Source: an uncultured Rhizobium sp.
Lineage (GTDB): Bacteria; Pseudomonadota; Alphaproteobacteria; Rickettsiales; UBA1997
Length of the DNA: 64,000 nucleotides
Assembly: GCA_964447395.1 (NCBI GenBank)
Contig: CAYUSO010000005.1
Span: forward strand, 30,376-94,375
Reading direction: 5' to 3'
Shown in pieces: positions 18,852 through 28,713 of the stretch. A model generated the notes under the pieces. The model was given only the letters and a program-made list of their open reading frames with translations, was not told the origin of the DNA and ran no database searches. The position numbers and the translations under genes were made by a program. Positions within the stretch are counted from its first letter, which is position 1. The number at the start of each line of letters is the position of its first letter.

Positions 18852-20278
18852 AACACACTTTTCACCCTTCAATCATTCGCGCCTACGACATTCGCGGAAT
18901 CTACAACGAAACCTTGTTCGACAAGGATGCATTTTTTGTCGGAAAATCTTTCGGCAGTTTTTTGCGTAAAAATAGCAAGAAAAAAATCTCTGTTGCCTGC
19001 GATGGGCGCGTTAGTTCCCCAGCTCTTAAAGAACAATTGATTCAAGGCTTGCTAGAGACTGGTTTGGAAATAATTGATGTTGGCGTTGGCCCAACTCCGA
19101 TGCTTTATTTCTCGGTTTATAACTTGTCTTGCGATGCGGGAATTATGGTGACCGGCTCACACAATCCCGGCACTCACAATGGTTTTAAAATGCTATTGAA
19201 GGATCGTCCATTTTTTGGCGACGATATTTTGGAATTGGCAAAGCTTGCTGAAAAAGCTGATTTTATCAGCGGCGAGGGCGCTCTAAGCAAGAAAGACGTG
19301 CGTGACGAATATGTCGAAAGAATTCTTTCCGACTGTTTTTTAGCGGAAAGCAACAGCGTTTTACTTGATGAAATTGACGAATTTGCGCCAAGAAAAAAAT
19401 TAAAAATCGCTTGGGATAATGGCAATGGCGCCGCTGGAGAAATAATGGCGCGTTTGAGTAAGCGCATCGTTGCTGACCATATTTTGTTATTTGAAGAAAT
19501 TGATGGGACATTTCCAAATCATCATCCCGATCCTACAGTTGCAAAGAATTTGCAAGATTTAATCAAAGTTGTTGTCGATCAAAATTGTGATTTGGGAATT
19601 GCTTTTGATGGCGATGGCGACCGTATCGGCGTGGTTGATAGTGAAGGTGAAATCATCTGGGGCGATCAGTTGATGGTTTTTTACGCTCGTGAAATTTTGA
19701 AAGAAAAAAAAGGCGCAACGATCATCGCCGATGTCAAGGCCAGCAATGTGTTATTTGACGAAATTAAAAAACATGGCGGTGAAGCGGTGATGTGGAAAAC
19801 TGGACATTCATTTATCAAAGCAAAAATGAAAGAAACCAAAGCAGCACTGGCTGGAGAGATGTCTGGTCACATATTTTTTGCTGACAAATATTTTGGTTTT
19901 GATGACGCACTTTACGCCGCAATTCGCATAATTGACATTGTTGCAACTGCAAAAATTTCTTTGGCGGAAATGCGCAAATCATTGCCTAAAACTTTTTCTA
20001 CTCCGGAAATTCGTATCGATGTTTCTGAAGAAAGAAAATTTAAAATCGTTGAAGAGCTTAAAGAAAGTTTAAAGAAATCTGGCTTACAATTTAATGATAT
20101 TGATGGAATTAGAGTCACAACTGATATGGGCTGGTGGCTGATTCGTGCTTCCAATACACAATCGGTTTTGGTGGCAAGATGTGAAGCAAATTCCAAAGAA
20201 AATCTCGAAAAATTGAAAGGCAATGTGAGAGAAAATTTAGAAATTTGTTCGGTAAAAATTCCTGAAGAATTAAAATGA
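18848..20278 (+). CDS. Phosphomannomutase/phosphoglucomutase family protein
   Basis: Active-site loop [13 protein letters not shown], metal loop FDGDGDR, and GEMSGH. ATGA overlap with thiG. Confidence 0.85.
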   Translation: MKHTFHPSIIRAYDIRGIYNETLFDKDAFFVGKSFGSFLRKNSKKKISVACDGRVSSPALKEQLIQGLLETGLEIIDVGVGPTPMLYFSVYNLSCDAGIMVTGSHNPGTHNGFKMLLKDRPFFGDDILELAKLAEKADFISGEGALSKKDVRDEYVERILSDCFLAESNSVLLDEIDEFAPRKKLKIAWDNGNGAAGEIMARLSKRIVADHILLFEEIDGTFPNHHPDPTVAKNLQDLIKVVVDQNCDLGIAFDGDGDRIGVVDSEGEIIWGDQLMVFYAREILKEKKGATIIADVKASNVLFDEIKKHGGEAVMWKTGHSFIKAKMKETKAALAGEMSGHIFFADKYFGFDDALYAAIRIIDIVATAKISLAEMRKSLPKTFSTPEIRIDVSEERKFKIVEELKESLKKSGLQFNDIDGIRVTTDMGWWLIRASNTQSVLVARCEANSKENLEKLKGNVRENLEICSVKIPEELK

Positions 20279-20898
20279 AAATTATTGGCTTAACTGGAGG
20301 AATTGCTTCTGGGAAAAATTTTGTTGCAGAAGTTTTTGCCAAAGAAGGTGCGGCGGTTTTTGATGCTGATGCCGAAGTTCATAAATTGCTGGAATCAGAC
20401 AGAGAAACACTTCTCGAGGTTAAAAGAAAATTTCCAGAAAGTTTTATTGAGCAAAAAATTGATCGAAAAATTTTAGGAAAAATCGTTTTTTCTGACGAAA
20501 GAAAATTAAAAATTTTAGAAAAAATTCTTCATCCGAAAGTCAGAAAAAAACATTTAGAATTTTTAAAAGAATCAAAAAAATCTGGCAAAAAAATTGCCGT
20601 TTTAAACATTCCACTTCTGCTCGAAACAGAATCTTATGAATGTGATTTTATCCTTGCTGTTATTGCTTCTAAGGCTGTTCAGAAAAAAAGATTTTTAGCG
20701 CGAGAAAAGAAGAAAGATCCCAAAAACTTTGCTAAAAATAAAAAGATTGTCGAAAAAAGATTCGCACAAATTTACACCAAGCAGGCAAAAAATTCAGAGA
20801 GAAAAAAGCTTGCAGATTTTGTGATTAAAAACGGAATTTCAAAAGCTAATAGCACAAAGCAAATCGAGAAATTTCTGCAGATAATTAATCATCGATAA
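20275..20898 (+). CDS. coaE: Dephospho-CoA kinase
   Basis: P-loop IGLTGGIASGKN and LLLE, 207 aa, ATGA overlap with the upstream gene. Confidence 0.85.
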   Translation: MKIIGLTGGIASGKNFVAEVFAKEGAAVFDADAEVHKLLESDRETLLEVKRKFPESFIEQKIDRKILGKIVFSDERKLKILEKILHPKVRKKHLEFLKESKKSGKKIAVLNIPLLLETESYECDFILAVIASKAVQKKRFLAREKKKDPKNFAKNKKIVEKRFAQIYTKQAKNSERKKLADFVIKNGISKANSTKQIEKFLQIINHR

Positions 20899-21016
20899 CA
20901 TTGTCAAAACTAGGGCGTTTGTAGGTCTCGGGCTTTTCCAAAGCGCCTTTTTTCCCACAAGAACTAACAGCGAAAAAAGAAATAAAAATTATCCAAAAGA
21001 GATTTTTAAATTTCAT
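20885..21016 (-). CDS. Small lipoprotein (LptM/YifL-like), absent from the ORF track
   Basis: Hand translation gives MKFKNLFWIIFISFFAVSSCGKKGALEKPETYKRPSFDNVIDD*. It has a lipobox (VSSC followed by G) and its ATG lies 4 nt after the argH stop. Confidence 0.5.
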   Translation of the reverse strand: MKFKNLFWIIFISFFAVSSCGKKGALEKPETYKRPSFDNVIDD

Positions 21017-21020
21017 AATT

Positions 21021-22412
21021 TTATCTCAAAAACTTTTTCGCTTTAGCGATTTCTTCTTTCACTCTGAGTGGAGAAGTGCCGCCGATTGAAGTGCGGCTGG
21101 CAACGGAATTTTGAACCGAAAGCACATCAAAAATTTTTGCCGAGATTTTTTTCTCAATTTTTTGCAGATCCGAAAGTTTTAATTCATGTAGCGCCAAGCC
21201 TTTAGTTTCAGCCATTTTCACGATTGCTCCTGTTGCATGATGCGCCTCGCGGAAAGGCATTTTTAGGTTTTTTACCAACCAATCGGCAATGTCAGTAGCG
21301 CAGGCATAATCAGCTCCAGCCATCGCAAGCATATTTTTTTTATTCACTTTCATGTCGGCAATCATTCCGCTCATTGCGCGCAGGCAAAGTTTGGAATTTG
21401 TGACGGCATCAAAAACCGGTTCCTTATCTTCCTGCATGTCTTTGGAGTAGGTGAGAGTAAGGCCTTTGATGGTTGTAAGAAGTGAAAAAACTGCGCCGAA
21501 AATTCGACCGCTTTTGCCGCGAACTAATTCTGCCGCGTCAGGATTTTTTTTCTGCGGCATTATCGAGCTGCCGGAAGTAAAGGCGTCAGAGAGGTTGATG
21601 AATTTAAAACCTTTGCTCATCCAAATAACGATTTCTTCGGCGAGGCGCGAAAGATGCGTGGAAATTAGCGCCAGACAAAAAAGTAATTCTATGGCGAAAT
21701 CGCGATCAGAAACTGAATCCATTGAATTTGCAGTTGGCGCATCAAATCCGAGCTCTTTCGCGGTCATTTTGCGATCAATTGGAAAAGAGGTTCCAGCCAA
21801 TGCACAAGCGCCTAGAGGACATTCATTCATTCTTTTTCTTAAGTCAGAAAGGCGAGAGGAATCGCGCTTAAACATTTCAAAATAAGCAAGCAAATGATGT
21901 GAGAAAAGTACTGGCTGTGCAACTTGCAAATGAGTGAATCCTGGCATTATTACATCAAGATTTTCTTCAGATTTTTTGACTAAATTTTTTTGCAAATCGG
22001 CGAGAAGTTTGGCGATTTCATCAATTTCATCGCGCACAAAAAGGCGAAAATCTGTTGCGACTTGATCATTGCGAGACCTTGCTGTGTGCAGCTTCCCAGC
22101 TACATCTCCGATAATTTCTTTCAAACGAGATTCGATATTCATGTGAATATCTTCGAGTTCGATTTTGAAATTAAATTTACCGGATTCGATTTCTTTTTCG
22201 ATTCGATTAAGTCCGTCAGAAATTTTTTGTGCTTCTGATTTTGTTAAAATTCCCACTGCGGAAAGCATTTTCGCATGCGCTTTAGAGCCGCGAATATCTT
22301 GCTTGTAGAGCTTGCAATCGAAAGTGATCGATTGATTTATTTCCTGCATCAAATTTGACGGCTTAGCATCAAATCTTCCGCCCCACATTTTGTTTGAGGA
22401 TTTTTTTGTCAT
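21021..22412 (-). CDS. argH: Argininosuccinate lyase
   Basis: WGGRF, TARSRNDQVATD and the fumarate lyase signature SSIMPQKKNPD. Confidence 0.93.
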   Translation of the reverse strand: MTKKSSNKMWGGRFDAKPSNLMQEINQSITFDCKLYKQDIRGSKAHAKMLSAVGILTKSEAQKISDGLNRIEKEIESGKFNFKIELEDIHMNIESRLKEIIGDVAGKLHTARSRNDQVATDFRLFVRDEIDEIAKLLADLQKNLVKKSEENLDVIMPGFTHLQVAQPVLFSHHLLAYFEMFKRDSSRLSDLRKRMNECPLGACALAGTSFPIDRKMTAKELGFDAPTANSMDSVSDRDFAIELLFCLALISTHLSRLAEEIVIWMSKGFKFINLSDAFTSGSSIMPQKKNPDAAELVRGKSGRIFGAVFSLLTTIKGLTLTYSKDMQEDKEPVFDAVTNSKLCLRAMSGMIADMKVNKKNMLAMAGADYACATDIADWLVKNLKMPFREAHHATGAIVKMAETKGLALHELKLSDLQKIEKKISAKIFDVLSVQNSVASRTSIGGTSPLRVKEEIAKAKKFLR

Positions 22413-22453
22413 GATTTTATTTTTATTTTAATGGAGTTGGAGCTTGTCGCGAC

Positions 22454-22479
22454 GTCATCCCGAACTTGTTTCGGGATCT
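22454..22479. repeat. Family A hairpin unit (single)
   Basis: gtcatcccgaacttgtttcgggatct. It encodes the last codons and stop of the GIY-YIG reading frame. Confidence 0.8.
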
Positions 22480-22765
22480 ATTCCTAATTGGGAACTTAAA
22501 TCTTTCAATTTCGGATTTACCGATTTTATCAAATTTAATTTCCATTCTCGATGCCAGTTTTTTAGCTGTTTTTCTCGCGTAATTGCGTCAGAAATATTTT
22601 CGAATGATTCGTAATAAAGCAGATATTTGCAGCGATATTTTTTGCTAAATTTGCAATCTTCGCTTTTTTATGTTCGGAAATTCTTCTTTCCAAATCGTTG
22701 GTGACGCCAATGTAGAAAACGCTTCGTTGATGATTACCAACGATGTATGTGTATCCTGGTTTCAT
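22455..22765 (-). pseudogene. GIY-YIG nuclease family gene (UPF0213-like) interrupted by a frameshift in an A6 run
   Basis: Frame 1 gives MKPGYTYIVGNHQRSVFYIGVTNDLERRISEHKK. After the run cataaaaaagcg the family continues in another frame: SEDCKFSKKYRCKYLLYYESFENISDAITREKQLKNWHREWKLNLI...IDPETSSG*. Confidence 0.65.
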
Positions 22766-22796
22766 TTTTGGTGGGGTATTGCGGGTTGGTTGAGAT

Positions 22797-22821
22797 AGAT
22801 CCCAAACTTGTCTCGGGATCT
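22797..22821. repeat. Family A hairpin unit (single, slightly diverged)
   Basis: agatcccaaacttgtctcgggatct. It has the same loop orientation as the 22454 copy. Confidence 0.7.
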
Positions 22822-22913
22822 AATCTTCCAAACTAAAAGATAGAAAAATTCTAAAGAAAAGTTTTTAATCGCCGCGCATCTCTTTTCTAAATCATTACCA
22901 AACCAATAAAATC

Positions 22914-24077
22914 ATGGATAGCTGGGACATCAAATCAAACAGCATTTTCGATCGTCGTTACCTCAATACTTTCAAAAAATGGTGGATCGATATTGATAAA
23001 ATTAATTTTTTTCTGGTGCTCGGAATCATGGTTTTTGGCTTGATGATGACCGCCAGCTCTAGTCCGGCAATCGCCAAGAAAATCAGTGTCGATAAATTTT
23101 TTTTCGTAAAAAAGCAGATGGTTTTTGCGATGATTGCGATGATTTTACTGATCGTAATTTCCTTTTTAGATCAGGAAAAAATCAAAATTTTCTCTTTGGT
23201 TGGACTATCGTTTTCGCTAGTGCTTTTGGTGATGGTTTTGCTTTTTGGATCGGAGGCAAAAGGCGCAAAAAGATGGATTTCATTTGCAGGGTTCACCCTA
23301 CAGCCATCTGAGTTCGCCAAAACATTCTTCATCGTCTTCAACGCCTTTCTTTTGCAGCGATTTTATTTCGCAAAATGGTATATCAAATACGGAATTTCCG
23401 CCGCACTTTTGCTAATAATAGTTTGCCTCCTCATTCTACAACCCGACTTCGGAATGACTTTAACTTTCAGTCTCTTGTGGGTGTCGCAACTTTTTATTTA
23501 TGGCCTGCCTTTGCCGCTGATTTTGGCGATTGGAATAATTGCCGTAATTGGCGGAATAGGCGCTTATTTAGGCCTTCCGCACGTTGAAGATCGTATCAAT
23601 AAATTCCTCGATTCTGGTGAAAAAAATTATCAAGTTGAGCGCTCGATTGATGCTTTTGTGAATGGTTCATTTTTCGGCGAAGGCCCAGGAAATGGCGTCG
23701 TAAAAAAATTCATTCCTGATGCTCACACCGATTTTATTTTTGCAGTTGTTGCCGAAGAATATGGCATTTTTTCCTGCACCATAATTTTGCTAATTTTTGC
23801 TTATTTCATCACGCGTATAGTCAAGCGGGCGTTGGATGAAGAGGATATGTTTATTTATCTCGCACTTTGCGGTTTAATGCTGCAATTCACTATGCAAGTC
23901 ATCGTAAATATCGGCGTTAGCATGAAACTTTTTCCAACCAAAGGAATGACTTTGCCATTCATCAGTTATGGCGGTTCGTCGATGATTGCGATGGCGATTT
24001 GTTTCGGATTAATTTTGGCTTTTACGAAGCGAAAATATCACCGCGATGTGGATTATGGAAATCTGAGGATGATCTGA
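22914..24077 (+). CDS. ftsW: SEDS-family peptidoglycan glycosyltransferase (FtsW/RodA)
   Basis: 387 aa, about 10 TM segments, with PSEFAK, PDAHTDFIFAVVAEEYG and LPFISYGGSS. The choice of FtsW over RodA is tentative. Confidence 0.7.
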   Translation: MDSWDIKSNSIFDRRYLNTFKKWWIDIDKINFFLVLGIMVFGLMMTASSSPAIAKKISVDKFFFVKKQMVFAMIAMILLIVISFLDQEKIKIFSLVGLSFSLVLLVMVLLFGSEAKGAKRWISFAGFTLQPSEFAKTFFIVFNAFLLQRFYFAKWYIKYGISAALLLIIVCLLILQPDFGMTLTFSLLWVSQLFIYGLPLPLILAIGIIAVIGGIGAYLGLPHVEDRINKFLDSGEKNYQVERSIDAFVNGSFFGEGPGNGVVKKFIPDAHTDFIFAVVAEEYGIFSCTIILLIFAYFITRIVKRALDEEDMFIYLALCGLMLQFTMQVIVNIGVSMKLFPTKGMTLPFISYGGSSMIAMAICFGLILAFTKRKYHRDVDYGNLRMI

Positions 24078-24093
24078 TTTTACAGTTTCACAA

Positions 24094-24173
24094 GCAAAGC
24101 GTAGCGTCATCGAGGGGTTTTGGAGTCTATCTTCCGAAGCCCCTCGACGACGCTACGCTTTGCTCGGGGAACT
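24094..24173. repeat. Family B-related palindrome (variant arms AAGCGTAGCGTC-TCGAGGGG)
   Basis: gcaaagcgtagcgtcatcgagggg ... cccctcgacgacgctacgctttgc tcggggaact, between the convergent ftsW and lipoprotein genes. Confidence 0.7.
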
Positions 24174-24201
24174 AAGAATTATTCTGCTGCTGACAATTTG
24201 C

Positions 24202-24606
24202 TTAAACCGCTGAAGAAATAAAAAACTGCACAATATTTTTTTCGTCTTCTTTACGAAATTCGATTTCTAAACTTTCATTTTCTCGCTTAAAACTAGCGCT
24301 ATTTTCAGAATTTTTTATTACACTCCAACCCATTTGTGGCAAGGTTTTGAGGTAGAAATTTTTTATCTGAATCAAATCGATTTTTGTAGAGTAGCTCGAA
24401 AAAATTATGCTGCCGTTGCTGGAATCAAAACCCAAAGTTTCATCGGCAGTTTTATTCATTCCAACCAATAGTGGAATGTCTTCGCTGCCTTGCACGAATT
24501 CCTCAGAAGCTTCAATTCCAGTCGATTCTTCTGCCAAAAATTTCTTCAAATCGCCGCAAGAAAAAAGCAAAAAAGAAATCGAAATTAGTGTTAAAATTTT
24601 TTTCAT
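24202..24606 (-). CDS. Hypothetical lipoprotein
   Basis: Start revised to MKKILTLISISFLLFSCGD (lipobox). The ATG lies 1 nt after the mutM stop. Confidence 0.5.
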   Translation of the reverse strand: MKKILTLISISFLLFSCGDLKKFLAEESTGIEASEEFVQGSEDIPLLVGMNKTADETLGFDSSNGSIIFSSYSTKIDLIQIKNFYLKTLPQMGWSVIKNSENSASFKRENESLEIEFRKEDEKNIVQFFISSAV

Positions 24607-24607
24607 A

Positions 24608-25420
24608 TCACCCCTGACATTGTGAACAATAAAAGCTTGAACGGCCGTTCTGCACGATTCTTTTGATGGAATTCTTACATTGCAAACAGTTTTGTTTTTC
24701 GCGTCCGTAAACTTGAAAATTTTTTTGAAAATTTCCTGAATCGCCTTTGGCATCAACGTAATCCGAGATTGAAGATCCGCCAAGTTTAATCGCTTTTTTG
24801 ATGATTCTTTTGATTGATGAAACGAGGTTTTTTATCTCATTTTCTTTAAGCGAAGAAGAGCTGCGCAGTGGCGAAATTCCTGCGTCAAACAAAGATTCAT
24901 TGATGTAAATATTTCCCACGCCAACGACGATTTCATTATCCATCATCGCGGTTTTTATGTTCATTTTTTTGCCGCGTAATTTTTCTCGCAGAGAGGATAA
25001 ATTAAACTCGCTTGAAAGCGGTTCGACGCCAAGACGCGCGAGCATTTTGTGAGTTTTTAAATTTTTAGTTTCGATCAAATCAACAAAGCCAAAACGACGC
25101 GCATCGTTAAAAATTAACCAGGAATTATCGTCAAATTTGCAAGCGAAGTGATCATGTTTGAGACCTTTAAATTCACGGCTATGTGTAATTTTACCGCTCA
25201 TACCGAGATGAATAATGAGAGATTTATTTCCGGAGAAATAAATCACCAAATAACGCGCTCGCCGATTAATTTCTAAAATTTTAGCACCGCACAAGCCTTG
25301 CAAATCAAGGGTTGAAGTCATACGCATTTTTTTCTGCGAACGAAAAACTTGCGTCACTTTCTTTCCAATCAGATTCTCCAAACCCTTGCGGATCGTCTCT
25401 ACTTCAGGAAGCTCGGGCAT
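24608..25420 (-). CDS. mutM: Formamidopyrimidine-DNA glycosylase
   Basis: N-terminal MPELPEVE, H2TH region, and C-terminal zinc finger CLQCKNSIKRIVQNGRSSFYCSQCQ. Confidence 0.92.
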   Translation of the reverse strand: MPELPEVETIRKGLENLIGKKVTQVFRSQKKMRMTSTLDLQGLCGAKILEINRRARYLVIYFSGNKSLIIHLGMSGKITHSREFKGLKHDHFACKFDDNSWLIFNDARRFGFVDLIETKNLKTHKMLARLGVEPLSSEFNLSSLREKLRGKKMNIKTAMMDNEIVVGVGNIYINESLFDAGISPLRSSSSLKENEIKNLVSSIKRIIKKAIKLGGSSISDYVDAKGDSGNFQKNFQVYGREKQNCLQCKNSIKRIVQNGRSSFYCSQCQG

Positions 25421-25427
25421 TTTTTAG

Positions 25428-25499
25428 TTAAGAATTAAGAATTTAGAATTAAGAATTTCGGGTCGTTTTAGTTCTGAATTCTAAATTCCTAATTCTTAA
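25428..25499. repeat. AT-rich palindromic repeat family E (AATTAAGAATT-type)
   Basis: ttaagaattaagaatttagaattaagaa ... ttctgaattctaaattcctaattcttaa, in the divergent mutM/queH promoter region. Confidence 0.8.
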
Positions 25500-25505
25500 T
25501 TTTTC

Positions 25506-26168
25506 ATGTCGCTTCTTCAACTTCCGCCTGAATCAACCGATAATCGCGTCCTCCTCCACAGTTGCTGTGCGCCTTGCGCGGGCGATTTGATGGAGCGCAT
25601 GAAAGAATCTGGAATTGATGTGACGATTTTTTTCTACAACCCAAACATTCATCCGAAGAAGGAATATGAGATTCGCAAAGAGGAAAATATTCGCTTCGCC
25701 GAGAAGCTTGGAATTCCCTTTGTCGATGCCGATTACGATGTGCAAAATTGGTTTGCGCGCGCCAAAGGCCTAGAGTGGGAGCCGGAACGCGGCGAGCGTT
25801 GCACCAAATGTTTCGATATGCGTTTCGAGCGCACCGCGCTTTATGCCTACGAAAATAATTTCAAAATTATCACCTCATCCCTTGGCATTTCGCGCTGGAA
25901 AAATATGGATCAAATCAATGATTGCGGAATTCGCGCCGCAAAAAATTACGAAGGAATTTCCTATTGGACTTACAATTGGCGCAAGGCTGGCGGCGCGGCG
26001 CGAATGTATGAAATCGCCAAACGCGAAGAATTTTACAAACAGGAATATTGCGGCTGTATTTTTTCGCTGCGCGATTCGAATAATTGGCGCACAAAAAATG
26101 GCCGAGAGGAAATTAAAATCGGTGAGGAGTTTTATGGCGAAATCGGGGTGGATGACACTGCTAGCTAA
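25506..26168 (+). CDS. queH: Epoxyqueuosine reductase QueH (DUF208)
   Basis: [21 protein letters not shown] and EYCGC cysteine motifs. Confidence 0.85.
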   Translation: MSLLQLPPESTDNRVLLHSCCAPCAGDLMERMKESGIDVTIFFYNPNIHPKKEYEIRKEENIRFAEKLGIPFVDADYDVQNWFARAKGLEWEPERGERCTKCFDMRFERTALYAYENNFKIITSSLGISRWKNMDQINDCGIRAAKNYEGISYWTYNWRKAGGAARMYEIAKREEFYKQEYCGCIFSLRDSNNWRTKNGREEIKIGEEFYGEIGVDDTAS

Positions 26169-26263
26169 TTATTTTTCCCTCAAATTTTTTACAAAATTTT
26201 TACACGTTAAATAATTTTTTCTGATCAATTTGTGCGGCCGTTTTTTAAACTTTTCAAACGGCT

Positions 26264-27730
26264 ATGAAATCAAAAAAAATTTTCTCCCAGTTATTTTTTA
26301 CTTTTTATTTTTGTGTATTTTCCGCATTTTCAGCTGAACATTCTGGTCCGATAGATGGTTGCGGCTCTAAGGCTAAAGATGGATTCATAAAAAGATTTTA
26401 CGAAACTTATCGCGAGCATCTCGCCGTCACTGGCGAAGAAGAAAATAAAATTGTTTATCGCGGAACTGAGCCGCCTCTAAGTTCTCCACCGTTCCCTAGC
26501 GCAACTTGGAATATTGGCGGTACTACTCCCATCGGCTATCCCGATACAACCGTAGCTCCGATGATGGACGCGCTTTATTGCGGTGAAGATGGTCAATCCA
26601 TCAAAGACAGCCGCATCAAAGTTTATGGATGGTTGAATCCTGGTTATAATTTCAGCAGCTCAAAACAAAAATACAGCACCTCTAGCGGCACTGGTGGCAA
26701 TGCTCCGGCCGCTTATTACGTTTATCCAAATTCCATCGAATTGAATCAGGCGGCGCTTTACATCGAGCGCGTTCCTGATACGGTTCAAACCAAACATATC
26801 GATTACGGTTTTCGTATCGCCAACCTTTACGGCACTGATTACAAATACACTTTCGCCAACAAAATTTTCTCGCAGCAATATTTGCGTGATCACAAAAAAT
26901 ACGGCTACGATCCGGTAATGTTTTATGGCGAAGTTTATTTTCCGAATGTTGGCGAAGGCCTGAATGTAAGGCTCGGACGCTATATTTCGATTCCTGATAT
27001 CGAGGCACAATTGGCGCCAAATAATTACACTTACAGCCATTCGATGCTCTACAGCTATGATCCTTACACCCGTCAAGGCGTCGTAAATACGCTGAAAATT
27101 AACAAAAATTGGACAGCGCAATTCGAACTTTCTTCAGGAACCGACATCGCTTTTTGGGATAAAAAAAATACCGAATTAACCCCCGGAGTCTGCGTCAATT
27201 GGACGTCGGATAGTGGCAATGATAACATCTATCCTTGTGCCAACGGTTTGAATAGCGGCAATTACGCTTACAACAATCCGCAAATGTTGGTGACAACTTG
27301 GTATCACAAGTTTGACAAAAAGTGGCACATGGCGAGTGAAGTGTGGTATATGTGGCAGAAAAAAGTTCCGAATTTGCGCAACGAAAATGCTCCTGCAACC
27401 ATTAACGGCGCTAACGGAGCTTTTTGTAAATATGGAGAATTAACTTGTACCGCCAAGGAATTTGCTGGCGTGAATTATCTGGTTTATAAATTTAAGCCGC
27501 GCGATTTTTTAACTTTGCGTAATGGATTTTTTAACGATCAGCAAGGCCAAAGAACTGGCTACAAAACTCTCTACACCGAGCATTTACTTGGCTGGACACA
27601 TTGGATCGGAGATGTAATAACTATTCGCCCTGAGATTCGATTCGATCATTCTTACGATCTCAAAGCCTTTAACGGCGGGCGCAGAAGCAGCCAATATGTT
27701 TTTGCAACTGATCTGATTATTCACTATTGA
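26264..27730 (+). CDS. Putative outer-membrane beta-barrel porin
   Basis: Signal peptide (FYFCVFSAFSA), alternating aromatic/polar beta-strand-like pattern, and C-terminal ...FATDLIIHY. The family was not identified. Confidence 0.45.
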   Translation: MKSKKIFSQLFFTFYFCVFSAFSAEHSGPIDGCGSKAKDGFIKRFYETYREHLAVTGEEENKIVYRGTEPPLSSPPFPSATWNIGGTTPIGYPDTTVAPMMDALYCGEDGQSIKDSRIKVYGWLNPGYNFSSSKQKYSTSSGTGGNAPAAYYVYPNSIELNQAALYIERVPDTVQTKHIDYGFRIANLYGTDYKYTFANKIFSQQYLRDHKKYGYDPVMFYGEVYFPNVGEGLNVRLGRYISIPDIEAQLAPNNYTYSHSMLYSYDPYTRQGVVNTLKINKNWTAQFELSSGTDIAFWDKKNTELTPGVCVNWTSDSGNDNIYPCANGLNSGNYAYNNPQMLVTTWYHKFDKKWHMASEVWYMWQKKVPNLRNENAPATINGANGAFCKYGELTCTAKEFAGVNYLVYKFKPRDFLTLRNGFFNDQQGQRTGYKTLYTEHLLGWTHWIGDVITIRPEIRFDHSYDLKAFNGGRRSSQYVFATDLIIHY

Positions 27731-28713
27731 TGAATCAAAAAAAATTTTTGAATTGTTGTAAAGCCTTGCTGGTTGTGGCTTTATGCACAATCATCGGGAA
27801 AATTTTTGATAAAGTTTTTTTGCCGATTGATCAGATTATGATTTATCTAGTCGGCGCAGCGCTAGTTGCATCAAGGCTTGATAGAACGTCATCAATTTTA
27901 TTTTCTTTCGTTAGCGTTAGCGCTTTTAACTTTTTTTTCGTCGAACCTTTTTACACTTTTGCCGTCGCCAGCAGCACTTATTGGCTGACGTTTTTGGTGA
28001 TGTTAACCACCAGCCTGATTATCTCCACGCAATATCTGCGCGTTCGGGAGACCAAGTTAAAAATCGAAAAAGAAAAGCTGAGAAACATTTTACTCAGCGC
28101 GATTTCGCATGATTTACGCACGCCACTTTCTGCGATAATTGGTGCTTCTGAAACCATCTGTGAAAATTTTGAGAAACTGCAAAAAGATGTGATAAAAGAT
28201 TTGGCAAAATCAGTGAATTTGGAAGCGTCGCGACTCTCACGAATTGTAAAAAATCTGCTTGATATAACTAGCATAGAATCAGGAACTGTAAGGCTTAACA
28301 AGCAGGAATATTACATTCAGGAAATTATTGGCGCGGCGATTTTATCGCTGCGGGATTTACTAAAAAATCACCAAATTAAAATCGATATTGCCGAAGATGT
28401 TCCGACGATTTTTTTCGATGGAATTTTGATCGAACAAGTGATTACAAATCTGCTTGAAAACGCTGCAAAATATACGCCACAAGGCACTGAAATTAGTATC
28501 GTCGCAAAAAAAGAAGGACGGAATTTATTGATGATTATCGAAGATGACGGAGTGGGAATTTCTGCGGAAAAAAATAAGCAAAATAAAAGTGGTTATGGTC
28601 TTGGTCTGATGATTTGTCAAAGCATCGTAAAAGCTCATGGAGGCACAATTGGCGCTGGAAAGAAGCGTTTAAAGGGAGCGCATTTTTCTTTCACTTTACC
28701 ACTAAAATCATGA
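27730..28713 (+). CDS. Sensor histidine kinase, KdpD C-terminal type (DUF4118 membrane domain + HisKA + HATPase), lacking the KdpD N-terminal domains
   Basis: KdpD-like TM block (FNFFFVEPFYTF), H-box LLSAISHDLRTPL, N-box LLENAAKYT, and G-boxes DDGVGI/GYGLGL. The start overlaps the porin stop. Confidence 0.8.
   Translation: MNQKKFLNCCKALLVVALCTIIGKIFDKVFLPIDQIMIYLVGAALVASRLDRTSSILFSFVSVSAFNFFFVEPFYTFAVASSTYWLTFLVMLTTSLIISTQYLRVRETKLKIEKEKLRNILLSAISHDLRTPLSAIIGASETICENFEKLQKDVIKDLAKSVNLEASRLSRIVKNLLDITSIESGTVRLNKQEYYIQEIIGAAILSLRDLLKNHQIKIDIAEDVPTIFFDGILIEQVITNLLENAAKYTPQGTEISIVAKKEGRNLLMIIEDDGVGISAEKNKQNKSGYGLGLMICQSIVKAHGGTIGAGKKRLKGAHFSFTLPLKS

Noticed and set aside
26660-27121. Long antisense or alternative-frame ORFs of 100-153 aa. 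Examples: 26660-27121, 17575-17976, 21451-21885, 458-793, 2677-3142, 25843-26214 and 57419-57742.
   Set aside because: All overlap confidently assigned genes on the opposite strand or in another frame, and they have low-complexity or compositionally odd translations. They are treated as non-coding shadows.
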